NCBI GenBank assembly: GCA_013816255.1
Contig: JACDET010000003.1
Location: 10,303-53,063, forward strand
Source: Candidatus Levyibacteriota bacterium
GTDB lineage: Bacteria > Patescibacteriota > Microgenomatia > Levybacterales > UBA12049
DNA length: 42,761 nucleotides
Direction of reading: 5' to 3'
Part shown: positions 33,137 through 42,142 of the stretch, piece after piece
Layout: each line of letters opens with the position of its first letter
Position numbering within the stretch: position 1 is the first letter of the stretch
Position numbers and translations under genes: made by a program
The notes under the pieces: generated by a model
The model's database searches: none
Told to the model about the DNA's origin: nothing
The model's input: only the letters and a program-made list of their open reading frames with translations

Positions 33137-34894
33137 TTATTTTGACGTAACTATATTCGTATTATCGAGGTTCCTATCGTCTATCAATCCTTCTGACACA
33201 TAGATACGTGTTTTACCGCCGTTACTTGCCGCCCACTCATCATACGGTGGCCTGATTGCTCTTGTAGTGTGTTCATTGCCTTTATACCACATTTCCGAAT
33301 CCAGTCCAATGCTCTTGCCAGCATCCTTATCATTACCCACAGCGACTCGATCAACAAGCCTATGTAGTAGCGTTGGATCATCTCGAACTTGGCTCATCAT
33401 CTCGCTGGCAACAGACTCAGGTAAGACAAATGTCATTGCCAATTCCGCCCTGCGAGAGTCATAGCCAACACATTGTGTCTGATACCGTAACGATACAGCT
33501 GGCTCACGACTATAGTTGGTGTCAGCACCTGGAACAAGCTCACCAAAGGTTGGTTGTCTGTAGCCAGCATCCGCACGATACGTTTCCTCCTCTGTTCCAA
33601 ACCATCCCTTTTTTACAGTTCTTGTTTTTTCTTCATACGCTGGTTCTTCTACGGGAGCGCTCGCTAATGCTTCATGCACTCCTTGGTCAAATAACTCGCT
33701 CATACTTATGCCCGAGCCAGAATACCAACGGGACGTACCTTCTATGCGTGCTCGTGAAGTGTAGGGATAGTTGCCGTTCGTATCAAATGCATGACCCGCA
33801 GTATCGCCCCCTCTGTCTCCATTAAATCCAGTATGGTATCCAGGAGGCAAAGATGCACGCGTCGCAAATCCTCCTACGGCCATAACTGTATCAAGGAGCA
33901 CTTCATCTTTAAGAGCTTCACGTGCTTCATGGATACCTTTTTGATCCTGTGTTTTGGCTGAACGTGTTTGATGCTCCCGCTGTCCTTCTACTGCCCGGGC
34001 AGTAACACGTCTTGCATCGACGAGGTTTTCCTCAAAGCGTGAGCGCCCATCAAACGCAGGGGAATCAAGCACAAACTCCGAGGTTTGTTCTAATGTATAC
34101 AGTCTATTTATGGCATCGTTTGCTTCGTCAGAGTCAGGATGAAACTGATTCCTGATCGCTTCCTGCTCTGCAATCGCTCTGTCTATGTGAGCAATGGTTT
34201 GGTCAAGGGTCATAGGGACACCATTTTCATGAACTGCATTATAAAGTTCATTTTTAACATCAGTTAAATCCGATGCATCTGCTGCAAGGTTACTTGAGCG
34301 AACATTATCATCAGTAACTGCAGCATGAGCTTCTTTTTGTTGAGCAAAGAGACCAGCAAGCTCGCTCAATTCGTGGCTTGTGGCAGGTGCTTGACGTAAT
34401 GCTTCCTCATCTTTTGTTTTCAGCCCACTACGCACAGCTTCAGGTTTTTCATTTTGAGTATCAAGAAAATCTATTGCTGCTTGAAAGTCAGTAATATCTT
34501 TTGCAACAGCTGCTGCTTTATCAGGATCACGCTTAATATCAGACCGTTGTGCTTTTCTCACTACATCGCTCAGTCCTTCCTCGAGGTCATCCGTAATTGC
34601 ATCGGACGCAGGTGCGTTTTTGAGATTGGCGAGTTCGGAAAGAACTCGGTGAATCCCTTCATATTTGGCAGCTTGTCTACCATATGCAGCGGAACTTGTT
34701 GCTTCAGCTTGTGCTCTGTGACTTTGTGCAATATGTCCAGCAAGCCTCGTTACTTCACCAATGCTCAATGGCCCACTTTGGGCTTCCCGTTCTGCTCCTC
34801 CGCCTCCGGCAAATGTGTCCGGTTGTGGCCCTGGATTATCTGGCAGATTAAGAGCATCAGCTTGTTTTATATCAAGTGGATTTAAGTCGTCCAT
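33137..34894 (-). CDS. Hypothetical cargo protein (585 aa, acidic, helical N-half)
   Basis: Long ORF with TATAAT upstream; visibly GC-richer than flanking element genes; KKGWFG motif. Confidence 0.8.
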   Translation of the reverse strand: MDDLNPLDIKQADALNLPDNPGPQPDTFAGGGGAEREAQSGPLSIGEVTRLAGHIAQSHRAQAEATSSAAYGRQAAKYEGIHRVLSELANLKNAPASDAITDDLEEGLSDVVRKAQRSDIKRDPDKAAAVAKDITDFQAAIDFLDTQNEKPEAVRSGLKTKDEEALRQAPATSHELSELAGLFAQQKEAHAAVTDDNVRSSNLAADASDLTDVKNELYNAVHENGVPMTLDQTIAHIDRAIAEQEAIRNQFHPDSDEANDAINRLYTLEQTSEFVLDSPAFDGRSRFEENLVDARRVTARAVEGQREHQTRSAKTQDQKGIHEAREALKDEVLLDTVMAVGGFATRASLPPGYHTGFNGDRGGDTAGHAFDTNGNYPYTSRARIEGTSRWYSGSGISMSELFDQGVHEALASAPVEEPAYEEKTRTVKKGWFGTEEETYRADAGYRQPTFGELVPGADTNYSREPAVSLRYQTQCVGYDSRRAELAMTFVLPESVASEMMSQVRDDPTLLHRLVDRVAVGNDKDAGKSIGLDSEMWYKGNEHTTRAIRPPYDEWAASNGGKTRIYVSEGLIDDRNLDNTNIVTSK

Positions 34895-35049
34895 TGTTTA
34901 TTATTATATACAACCGTTTAAAAAAAGCATACCGTATTATAAAGAAACAGCTACTTCGTAGTTGATCGCTACGCGGAGCTAGGACTTGTGTGACTTCAAT
35001 GATTCAGTGGAGCTTGTAAACTAGCACCGTAGGCTAGTAGAATAAAGGC

Positions 35050-35842
35050 ATGAGTAAGGAATTAAAGAATACAGAAGAGCCCCAATTTCCTCAAGAGACC
35101 GCATGGCAACCATCAACTGAACAGACCCGAGTTCAAAAGTCTCTATTTCCATCTAGGCAAAGAGCTCAAATTGATGGAGCAACTAGGGATAATCGAAAAA
35201 TTTTTAATGGTTTAGGGAAAATCCGTGAATTATTAAAAGGTGAAGAAAAAGATGATCGGGAACCTTTCAGTATTCGAGGTCATCATCTAATGCAGTACGC
35301 AGTTCTAATGGCACATATGAGAGTAAATCCGGAGACAGGGATACAGGACAGTGCAGATAAGACAATAGTAGATACAATGGAATCAGACAACCCAGCATAA
35401 GGTAGCTGACACCTTAGGAGATACTGAAGAAGAGAAAGCTAAATTTAGGGGATCAATCATAGATGTAAATGAAAAATTTCTTGATCTTCCAGATGATTAT
35501 CCAGTAGACTTACTGGAAGGGCAGGCCGATACAATCTGTAGTAATTGTCCAATTAAAGGTGCACACTGTAATATGAAATTCCCCTACAAACAATTTCCAA
35601 TAGATGGATATACAGATGAAGGGGTTGGTATTTTTGGTGATAGTTATTGGCTTGACATTTTCGTCAGAGTAAACCGTATAAATAAACGTAAACTAAAAAT
35701 AGTAAAAGAACAAGCGAGGTTTACAGATGCCCCCCCTGAAGAGGTCCGGCGAATCAAAACAAATGCAGCTGTTGTAAGAGAATTTATAGAAGGAAATGTA
35801 TCCAGAATAGTAGGTTTAGATAACTCTTCCCATACAAAATAG
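35050..35842 (+). pseudogene. Frameshifted DUF1284-like (HH...DxICxxCP) gene
   Basis: First frame has IRGHHL and stops at 35400; the +1 frame is open from 35372 through VADTLGDTEEE...ADTICSNCPIKGAHC into the 35573 ORF. Confidence 0.7.
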
Positions 35843-36027
35843 ACTTATTTTGTGGAGTCGTCATTCGGCGGTGTCTTAGGCCAATTTTTGTAGAGTTTAC
35901 AAAGTTTACAGCATTTATTCCTGTGCCTATCTCAGCTCCCGTATCAAATCTTTTCATAGTAACTTGGGATCATAGCAGAAAAGTACTTAAACTAAACATT
36001 AAATATCAAAAGCTATCAAAGTGCATC

Positions 36028-36106
36028 TTGACAAAGATAACCCAGGCATAATACAATCAGCAAACTCAACTGCTCATTATTGCAAATGCAATACATGGGC
36101 TTTTTT
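36028..36106 (+). promoter_or_regulatory. Promoter and leader terminator of the conjugation operon
   Basis: TTGACA-18-TACAAT; hairpin GCTCAT-TATTGCA/TGCAATA-ATGGGC plus T6, ending 5 nt before ATG 36112. Confidence 0.65.
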
Positions 36107-36111
36107 GTTAT

Positions 36112-36369
36112 ATGGAAGGAACACCAATACAATTTGCAGCACTCGATCAACTCCTCTGGGGATTAGTCGCCACTATGCAATTTTACTCTCTTCCTGTTAT
36201 GGCTCTTTCAATTGCTGGTATCGGTATTGCGCTCGTCGGAAGCGGAGATGACATAGATAGAAAGTCACGACTGAAGCATTGGATATTTAACATCCTTATC
36301 GGAGGTTTACTCGTATTTGGATCAGCAACAATTGCAAACGTGTTAAAGACTTTTGTTGGAGGCCAGTAA
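36112..36369 (+). CDS. VirB2/TrbC-like pilin
   Basis: 85 aa; two hydrophobic helices around a charged loop; ILIGGLLVFGSATI; first gene of the T4SS operon. Confidence 0.7.
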   Translation: MEGTPIQFAALDQLLWGLVATMQFYSLPVMALSIAGIGIALVGSGDDIDRKSRLKHWIFNILIGGLLVFGSATIANVLKTFVGGQ

Positions 36370-36399
36370 ACCCACTGCCTATGAATAGAGTAAGTATCA

Positions 36400-37917
36400 A
36401 TGAAATTATTAAGCTGCGTATTATCGCTTATCCTTGTGTATCTTTTTTGGACTAGTCCAGTAAATGCACAAACGCTAACTCCTACACAATCTCCTCAGGA
36501 AAATACTCTTACTGAAACGCAAACATCAGGAAACGGTGTATTAAATAGCTTCTTTTCAGGATTCGATTGGGTTTCAAGTGGTCTTATTTTTAATACGCCA
36601 TCATTACTGGGCGAAACAATTACCTTAAAAGACGGAACAGAACTGTCAGGCATTAGCCAATACCGGACAATCTTTGCAGATATTGCTATACCACTTTTTG
36701 TCATTATCGTCTCATATATTGCTCTCTCACATATTACCCACGATAACTCGGCACAGTTAAGAAATTTCTTTAAGAGGTTAGTATTTGTTGTGGTACTGTT
36801 CATCGTCACTCCAGGCATCCTCACATACAGTATTCAATTCATCAACCTCCTCAATGAAAAAATAATAGCTGAAAACGCGTATAATTTGGCTACATTTGTT
36901 CAAACTTACGTTAACAGTGATGATTTTAAAAATGTAATTGGCTCTTCTGCGCCTTCCCCTCTAGCTATATTCTCTGTAAGCACTGTGCTACAACTCATTG
37001 TGTTAGTTATCGCTATTGGGTTCTTTCTCATTGGATTTCTCTATATCGTTTTCCAGGCAATGATACGATTCATCTCACTGCTTTTCTTGAGTGTCATCTT
37101 CCCTCTTGTCTTACCATTTGCTCTCTCAGAAAAGACGGAAAATATTACAAATACCTATTTCCGAACCTGGTTCACATTCCTTATTCAACAGCCAGCATTT
37201 GTACTTGGATTTGCTATTGTCTCATCAATCTTAACAAGTATACTTTCAGCACATGGAGGATCAATGGGAACACTCTTTCTCTTTTCAGGAGCACTCATTT
37301 TTCTGGGAGGAGTAAATATATTTGTCGGGAGAATTTTTGGTGATGGTTGGTCAATGGTAAGTTCCAATGCTCAGAGTATGGTTGCAAGTGGTGCTATGAC
37401 AGGCTCAGTTCGTGAAGTAAAACGTGCTGCGTTTTCAGGAAGAGTAGTAGGCGTAAGGAGCTATGCTGGAACACTTATCGGGAGAAAAATAGGCTTATTG
37501 CCGCCTAAGATTAACCAGAAAGGTTCTTCACAAAATGAACAATCTTCTAACGATAACACAAATTATCAATATTCAGGTACAAGTAAAAAAACTGGAAACG
37601 ATCCCAGAGCGGATTTTTCAAGAAGGTATTCGAGATACAGTGGAACGGAAGAAAAAGAAAACAAACGATCTAGTTCAGCGAAAAAAGAGTCGAAAACTGA
37701 AAAGTCAAAACCAAATGTTTCTCAAACAGAACCATATAAAACAGAAAAGCCACGAAATCAAACAACTGAGAATAAAACAGTTAAGCGTGGAAACTATATC
37801 TCAAATTTCCCAAATCGTATGAAAGAAGAGGATTTTTCTACAAAAACGAACGCAAAACAACCATTCAAAACTTTTATACGACCGGAGATGAAAAAGACAA
37901 AGAGAAAAGATGCTTAA
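36400..37917 (+). CDS. VirB6/TrbL-like polytopic membrane protein
   Basis: Signal peptide, multiple TMs, RFISLLFL..IFPL, WFTFLIQQP, low-complexity charged tail. Confidence 0.75.
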   Translation: MKLLSCVLSLILVYLFWTSPVNAQTLTPTQSPQENTLTETQTSGNGVLNSFFSGFDWVSSGLIFNTPSLLGETITLKDGTELSGISQYRTIFADIAIPLFVIIVSYIALSHITHDNSAQLRNFFKRLVFVVVLFIVTPGILTYSIQFINLLNEKIIAENAYNLATFVQTYVNSDDFKNVIGSSAPSPLAIFSVSTVLQLIVLVIAIGFFLIGFLYIVFQAMIRFISLLFLSVIFPLVLPFALSEKTENITNTYFRTWFTFLIQQPAFVLGFAIVSSILTSILSAHGGSMGTLFLFSGALIFLGGVNIFVGRIFGDGWSMVSSNAQSMVASGAMTGSVREVKRAAFSGRVVGVRSYAGTLIGRKIGLLPPKINQKGSSQNEQSSNDNTNYQYSGTSKKTGNDPRADFSRRYSRYSGTEEKENKRSSSAKKESKTEKSKPNVSQTEPYKTEKPRNQTTENKTVKRGNYISNFPNRMKEEDFSTKTNAKQPFKTFIRPEMKKTKRKDA

Positions 37918-37923
37918 TACATT

Positions 37924-38742
37924 ATGAGAACAATCAGAGTATACAAAGACAATTTACGAGAACATATTTTTAGAACAATGTTTTTTACCGACACTGTTAT
38001 CTTTTTCATGGGTGGATTAGCAATAGCTCTATCTGTCTTTATGTTTTATAAATTCGTCTTAAACATAAACCACGTTGGACTTGTCATATCTACCATTTTT
38101 CTCTTAGAACTCTTTTACGCTTTGGTTGCTACCCTTAAAATAGATCACCAACCGTTATATAAAGTTATCCCACGAGCAGTGAATTTTAGTTTCTCAAAAA
38201 AACACTTTTCAATGAATGAACTCACTAAAACGACAGGGGACTTTAAAATTGTTGGAAACTATATTATTAGAAAAAAGAAACTCATTGCAGTTTATGAGAT
38301 ACGACCTTTCGATATTGCACTGCTCAACAATGAAGAGCGAGATAGGTATTATCACCATATAAAAACAATGCTTCACACCCTTCCTATGCGAGTGCAACTG
38401 ATTTCAAGAAAAGAAACAGCCAAAGTTGAAGATTATCATGAACATTTTTACTCTCTTTATGAAACTGCCAATGAGAAAGTGAATTGGCTGATGGAAAATT
38501 ATATTAAAGAAATTTCTTCACTTATCGAGGACAATAACTTTCAGCTTATGAAATACTACGCTGTATTTTCAACGCCTTTGTTGGGAAATAGTGACAGAAA
38601 CTTCACTGAAGCAGCACAAAAACTGGAAGATATGGAACGAAGATTTAGTAGTGGGTTGGCACTTGAGCGAATACAGACATTGCAATTGAAAGATAAACAG
38701 TTAGTTGCCTATTTTCAAAGCCAATTTAGAAATAACTTATGA
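37924..38742 (+). CDS. PrgI/VirB3-like membrane protein with soluble C-terminal domain
   Basis: Two N-terminal TMs; EIRPFDIALLNNEERD; ATGA overlap with the VirB4 gene. Confidence 0.6.
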   Translation: MRTIRVYKDNLREHIFRTMFFTDTVIFFMGGLAIALSVFMFYKFVLNINHVGLVISTIFLLELFYALVATLKIDHQPLYKVIPRAVNFSFSKKHFSMNELTKTTGDFKIVGNYIIRKKKLIAVYEIRPFDIALLNNEERDRYYHHIKTMLHTLPMRVQLISRKETAKVEDYHEHFYSLYETANEKVNWLMENYIKEISSLIEDNNFQLMKYYAVFSTPLLGNSDRNFTEAAQKLEDMERRFSSGLALERIQTLQLKDKQLVAYFQSQFRNNL

Positions 38743-40904
38743 GAAAAAAAGATACATTATTAACAAGGCTAAAAAAGAAGAAAACGCAATTTGATCTTGG
38801 TGTGCATCTCTATGCAGATTTGCAGAGCAAAAATAAAACAGCATCTCGAAAGCTGGAAGAATTACAAGAGCAAATAGAATACGAAGATAAAAAACTGCAA
38901 AAGATTCAGATATTAGCAGAACACAATCAGGAAATTTATAGCGGATTGGAAGAATTGAAAGATATACGCAGTTTACCTCTTGAGGATGCAGAAAAGAAAG
39001 CTCTGGCTATATACCAGAATGAAGTAAAACGATTAGAAATACTGCTTGAAAAATATAGAGAGCAAGTTGTTCAGAAAGCAATCAATAATCCTCTTATCGG
39101 GTTGAATGAACCAAAGCTTATCTGGTCAATAAAGCCAAAAACATTTGCAAGAAATATGCGGCTCTACCGCTATGAAAAGAAAGAATATAGAGATGCTATT
39201 GAACGAGCAAAGCAATCGGAAATTCATGTATCACTTGCGAAAGGAATAAACGGTGTTCATGTCACTTCAGATGGCTCAAAGCATTATAAACCGGAAAATA
39301 CTCAGGCAAGAAGTTCACATATTACGCTTGATGATAAACTGATTGCAACCTATTATCTCACAGACGTACCAGCGTTCTTAACAGATGATGTCTTATTCAA
39401 GCTGGCAACCTCGCCTCTTCCTTTTACTATCAGTATGTTTATCGAGCCAACGAATAGCCAAGAACTTATTAAAAAAGCAAAAGAACGACTTTCTGTTCTT
39501 GAATTGAGGCAAGCTGAACGAGTGCAAAAAGGCAAACTCAAAGATCAACAAACAGAAAAGAGTATTGAGGAGATTAGTCAGTTTATCTATGAATTAGTCC
39601 ATGAATATGAAAAGGGATTTGTGTATTCATTTTATTTATCAATTGAAGCAAAAGACAAAGAAGAATTAAAGTTACTACACAAAGAACTGAAAAATTTCAC
39701 TGATGGCTTGGAATTAACTTTAACCAAATATATTTACGGACAGAAAAAAGCATTTGAAACCACATTACCTTTTAATGAAGACCGCTTGCAACAAAATAGG
39801 ATTTTACAATCGTCAGCTGTTGCTTATCTTACGCCATTTGTTGCAAAACAAATTCATGATCCAAAAGGAATCTTTTTAGGCGTGAACAGATATCACAACA
39901 GTTTAGTTTTTGTAAATCCATTCACTATTGATGAGAGAAACATCAATAACAGTAATATCAATATTTTTGGACAATCCGGTATGGGAAAATCAGTTACAGC
40001 AAAGCTTCTGGCGACAAGACTTTATATGAGGAATACACAGATTATCATTATTGACCCTGAAGGAGAATATCTTACTTATGCCAAAGCAATGGGTGGCGAG
40101 GTTGTTGATTTCTCACGAAAAAATGGAATCAATCCTTTTTCAATAAGTTCGCAAGATCACAATGACATTCTCGATCACATTGGTGTTCTGAAAACATTTT
40201 TTAAGTTCTTTATCCGATCACAAAGATATGACGGTGCGGTACTTGATAAAGTTCTGGTAGAACTTTATGACAAATACCCGAAGGTAAAACCTAGCTTTAA
40301 GAAGTTTCTTAAAGCATTAAAAGGATCAACCATGTATGACGATATTGCAGTTCTTGATAATGGAAGCCTACAAGGAGTTTTTAATTCTGATCGTGAAATT
40401 GAACTCGGCAATGACTTAATTGTTTTTAATCTCTCTCCTCTTGGAGAAACAGAAGAAAAAGCACCTGCAATGTATCTACTAACTTCACTTATTTGGAGCT
40501 TGTCAAATCAAGTAACAAAGAAAAAAAAGATGCTTTTTATTGATGAGGCGCATAATTTATTGGTTGATACTGATGTAGCTGTCTTTTACAGGAAACTTGT
40601 TAAACAAGCAAGGAAACGCAATATGGGCGTTGTCTCAATTACTCAGGATATTCAGGATTTCTTGGATAATGATCTAGGTAAAGCAATTATCACCAATTCA
40701 GAAACAAAAATTCTTCTAAAGCAATCCTACGCAACAATTCCATTAATGGAAAATATCTTTCCCATGACTGATGAGGAAAAACGACAACTTGGAGAGCTTG
40801 AAATAGGAGAAATCGTGCTATATCGACAAAATGAGCATATGCGAGTAGATATTCTCTCTCTTCCTCATGAAGATAGGTTAATTGAAATGAAGAAGAGTAA
40901 CTAG
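38739..40904 (+). CDS. virB4: VirB4-like conjugation ATPase
   Basis: GIFLG, NINIFGQSGMGKS (Walker A), IDPEGEY, INPF, FIDEAH (Walker B), ARKRN..ITQ. Confidence 0.92.
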   Translation: MRKKDTLLTRLKKKKTQFDLGVHLYADLQSKNKTASRKLEELQEQIEYEDKKLQKIQILAEHNQEIYSGLEELKDIRSLPLEDAEKKALAIYQNEVKRLEILLEKYREQVVQKAINNPLIGLNEPKLIWSIKPKTFARNMRLYRYEKKEYRDAIERAKQSEIHVSLAKGINGVHVTSDGSKHYKPENTQARSSHITLDDKLIATYYLTDVPAFLTDDVLFKLATSPLPFTISMFIEPTNSQELIKKAKERLSVLELRQAERVQKGKLKDQQTEKSIEEISQFIYELVHEYEKGFVYSFYLSIEAKDKEELKLLHKELKNFTDGLELTLTKYIYGQKKAFETTLPFNEDRLQQNRILQSSAVAYLTPFVAKQIHDPKGIFLGVNRYHNSLVFVNPFTIDERNINNSNINIFGQSGMGKSVTAKLLATRLYMRNTQIIIIDPEGEYLTYAKAMGGEVVDFSRKNGINPFSISSQDHNDILDHIGVLKTFFKFFIRSQRYDGAVLDKVLVELYDKYPKVKPSFKKFLKALKGSTMYDDIAVLDNGSLQGVFNSDREIELGNDLIVFNLSPLGETEEKAPAMYLLTSLIWSLSNQVTKKKKMLFIDEAHNLLVDTDVAVFYRKLVKQARKRNMGVVSITQDIQDFLDNDLGKAIITNSETKILLKQSYATIPLMENIFPMTDEEKRQLGELEIGEIVLYRQNEHMRVDILSLPHEDRLIEMKKSN

Positions 40905-40919
40905 AATGGTAAAGCACAT

Positions 40920-41654
40920 TTGCAATGTAAAAAAAGGCTTGAGAAAGGACAACAAATACTCAATAATCCGTTTGAGTTTATTTTAGATTGTATTGTTCGA
41001 GCAATTGCATATCTCTTTATACCGTTCCCACTAGCAGCCGAAGTGCTTGTAAGGTTTCGAGGAATGGTGTTAGCAATTCTGTTAAACGCAGTATTACTTA
41101 TCGTTGTCTTGTTCATAACTCTATTTAGCATCTTTACCAATCCATCTGTCATTGGCAATGCGAATGCAAATACAAATATTCCGATAGATGGAAGTTTTAT
41201 CGCAACAGACATTCCTTTACAGAATCCATTAGGCGGTCAAGGGTTATCTCTTGTGAAAATAACCGCAGGATTTATGGACCCGAACTATAGTTTTTTTGGC
41301 AGTGTGCATACAGGAGTAGATTTCGTACCAAATGAAGAGTACTATCTCAGTAATAAAATATATAAGGAGACAGGCGTTGTTGTCTACGCAACAATGAACG
41401 GAACGGTAAATTATTTTACAGATAAATATGGCTCACATACGGTTGAAGTGACGAATAGCGATAATTCGATAAAAGTCATAGTAATGCACTTAAACAGCGT
41501 GTTTGTCGCGACAGGTGAAATACTAACAGCAGGTAAACCAGTTGGCACTATGGGAAACACCGGATTTTCAACAGGAGAGCATTTGCATTATGAAATTAGA
41601 GTGAAAAATGGAGATGGATGGATACCAGTTAATCCTTTAGGATATATTCAATAA
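40920..41654 (+). CDS. Membrane-anchored M23 peptidase (conjugation-associated cell-wall hydrolase); start uncertain
   Basis: HTGVD, MHL, GNTGFSTGEHLHYEIR, VNP. Confidence 0.9.
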   Translation: MQCKKRLEKGQQILNNPFEFILDCIVRAIAYLFIPFPLAAEVLVRFRGMVLAILLNAVLLIVVLFITLFSIFTNPSVIGNANANTNIPIDGSFIATDIPLQNPLGGQGLSLVKITAGFMDPNYSFFGSVHTGVDFVPNEEYYLSNKIYKETGVVVYATMNGTVNYFTDKYGSHTVEVTNSDNSIKVIVMHLNSVFVATGEILTAGKPVGTMGNTGFSTGEHLHYEIRVKNGDGWIPVNPLGYIQ

Positions 41655-41656
41655 CT

Positions 41657-42142
41657 ATGCAAATAATTAAAAACATACTTTATAAACCCTATCTGTTACT
41701 TTTTATAAGTCTTGCTGGATGGATATATTATTATTCAATAAATAAGCCAATAAACGACATTTTAACAGCTCTTTTTGCTTACACTGTTTATATTTTCTTT
41801 TTTTGGAAGATATTTCCATATCTTGAAAATTCATTACTTAAAATAACAGGTCACTTCTCATTGTTTGATTCTGTTCCAAATCACATCATATCAGGATATT
41901 GTTTTATAGCTACGCTACTCTTTCCTATACCTGTACTTGTCATTGCCCTATTCTCAAAACTATTTATAAAAGAAAAACTGTATCACAGCTCCTTTACTGA
42001 CGAGTATGGTAACTCAGTTACTCGAATAAAATCTCTAACACCAACTGTTATTCTTTCACGAAAAGAAGGAAGAAACGGGGATGAAGAACATATCGTTATG
42101 ACAAAGCTCAAAAAGATACCAAGGAAAATAACCTATGAATGA
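41657..42142 (+). CDS. Hypothetical membrane protein
   Basis: About three TM segments; 2 nt after the M23 gene. Confidence 0.7.
   Translation: MQIIKNILYKPYLLLFISLAGWIYYYSINKPINDILTALFAYTVYIFFFWKIFPYLENSLLKITGHFSLFDSVPNHIISGYCFIATLLFPIPVLVIALFSKLFIKEKLYHSSFTDEYGNSVTRIKSLTPTVILSRKEGRNGDEEHIVMTKLKKIPRKITYE

Noticed and set aside
36021-36251. 76-aa Cys-containing ORF
   Set aside because: Spans the promoter and terminator and overlaps the pilin gene out of frame.
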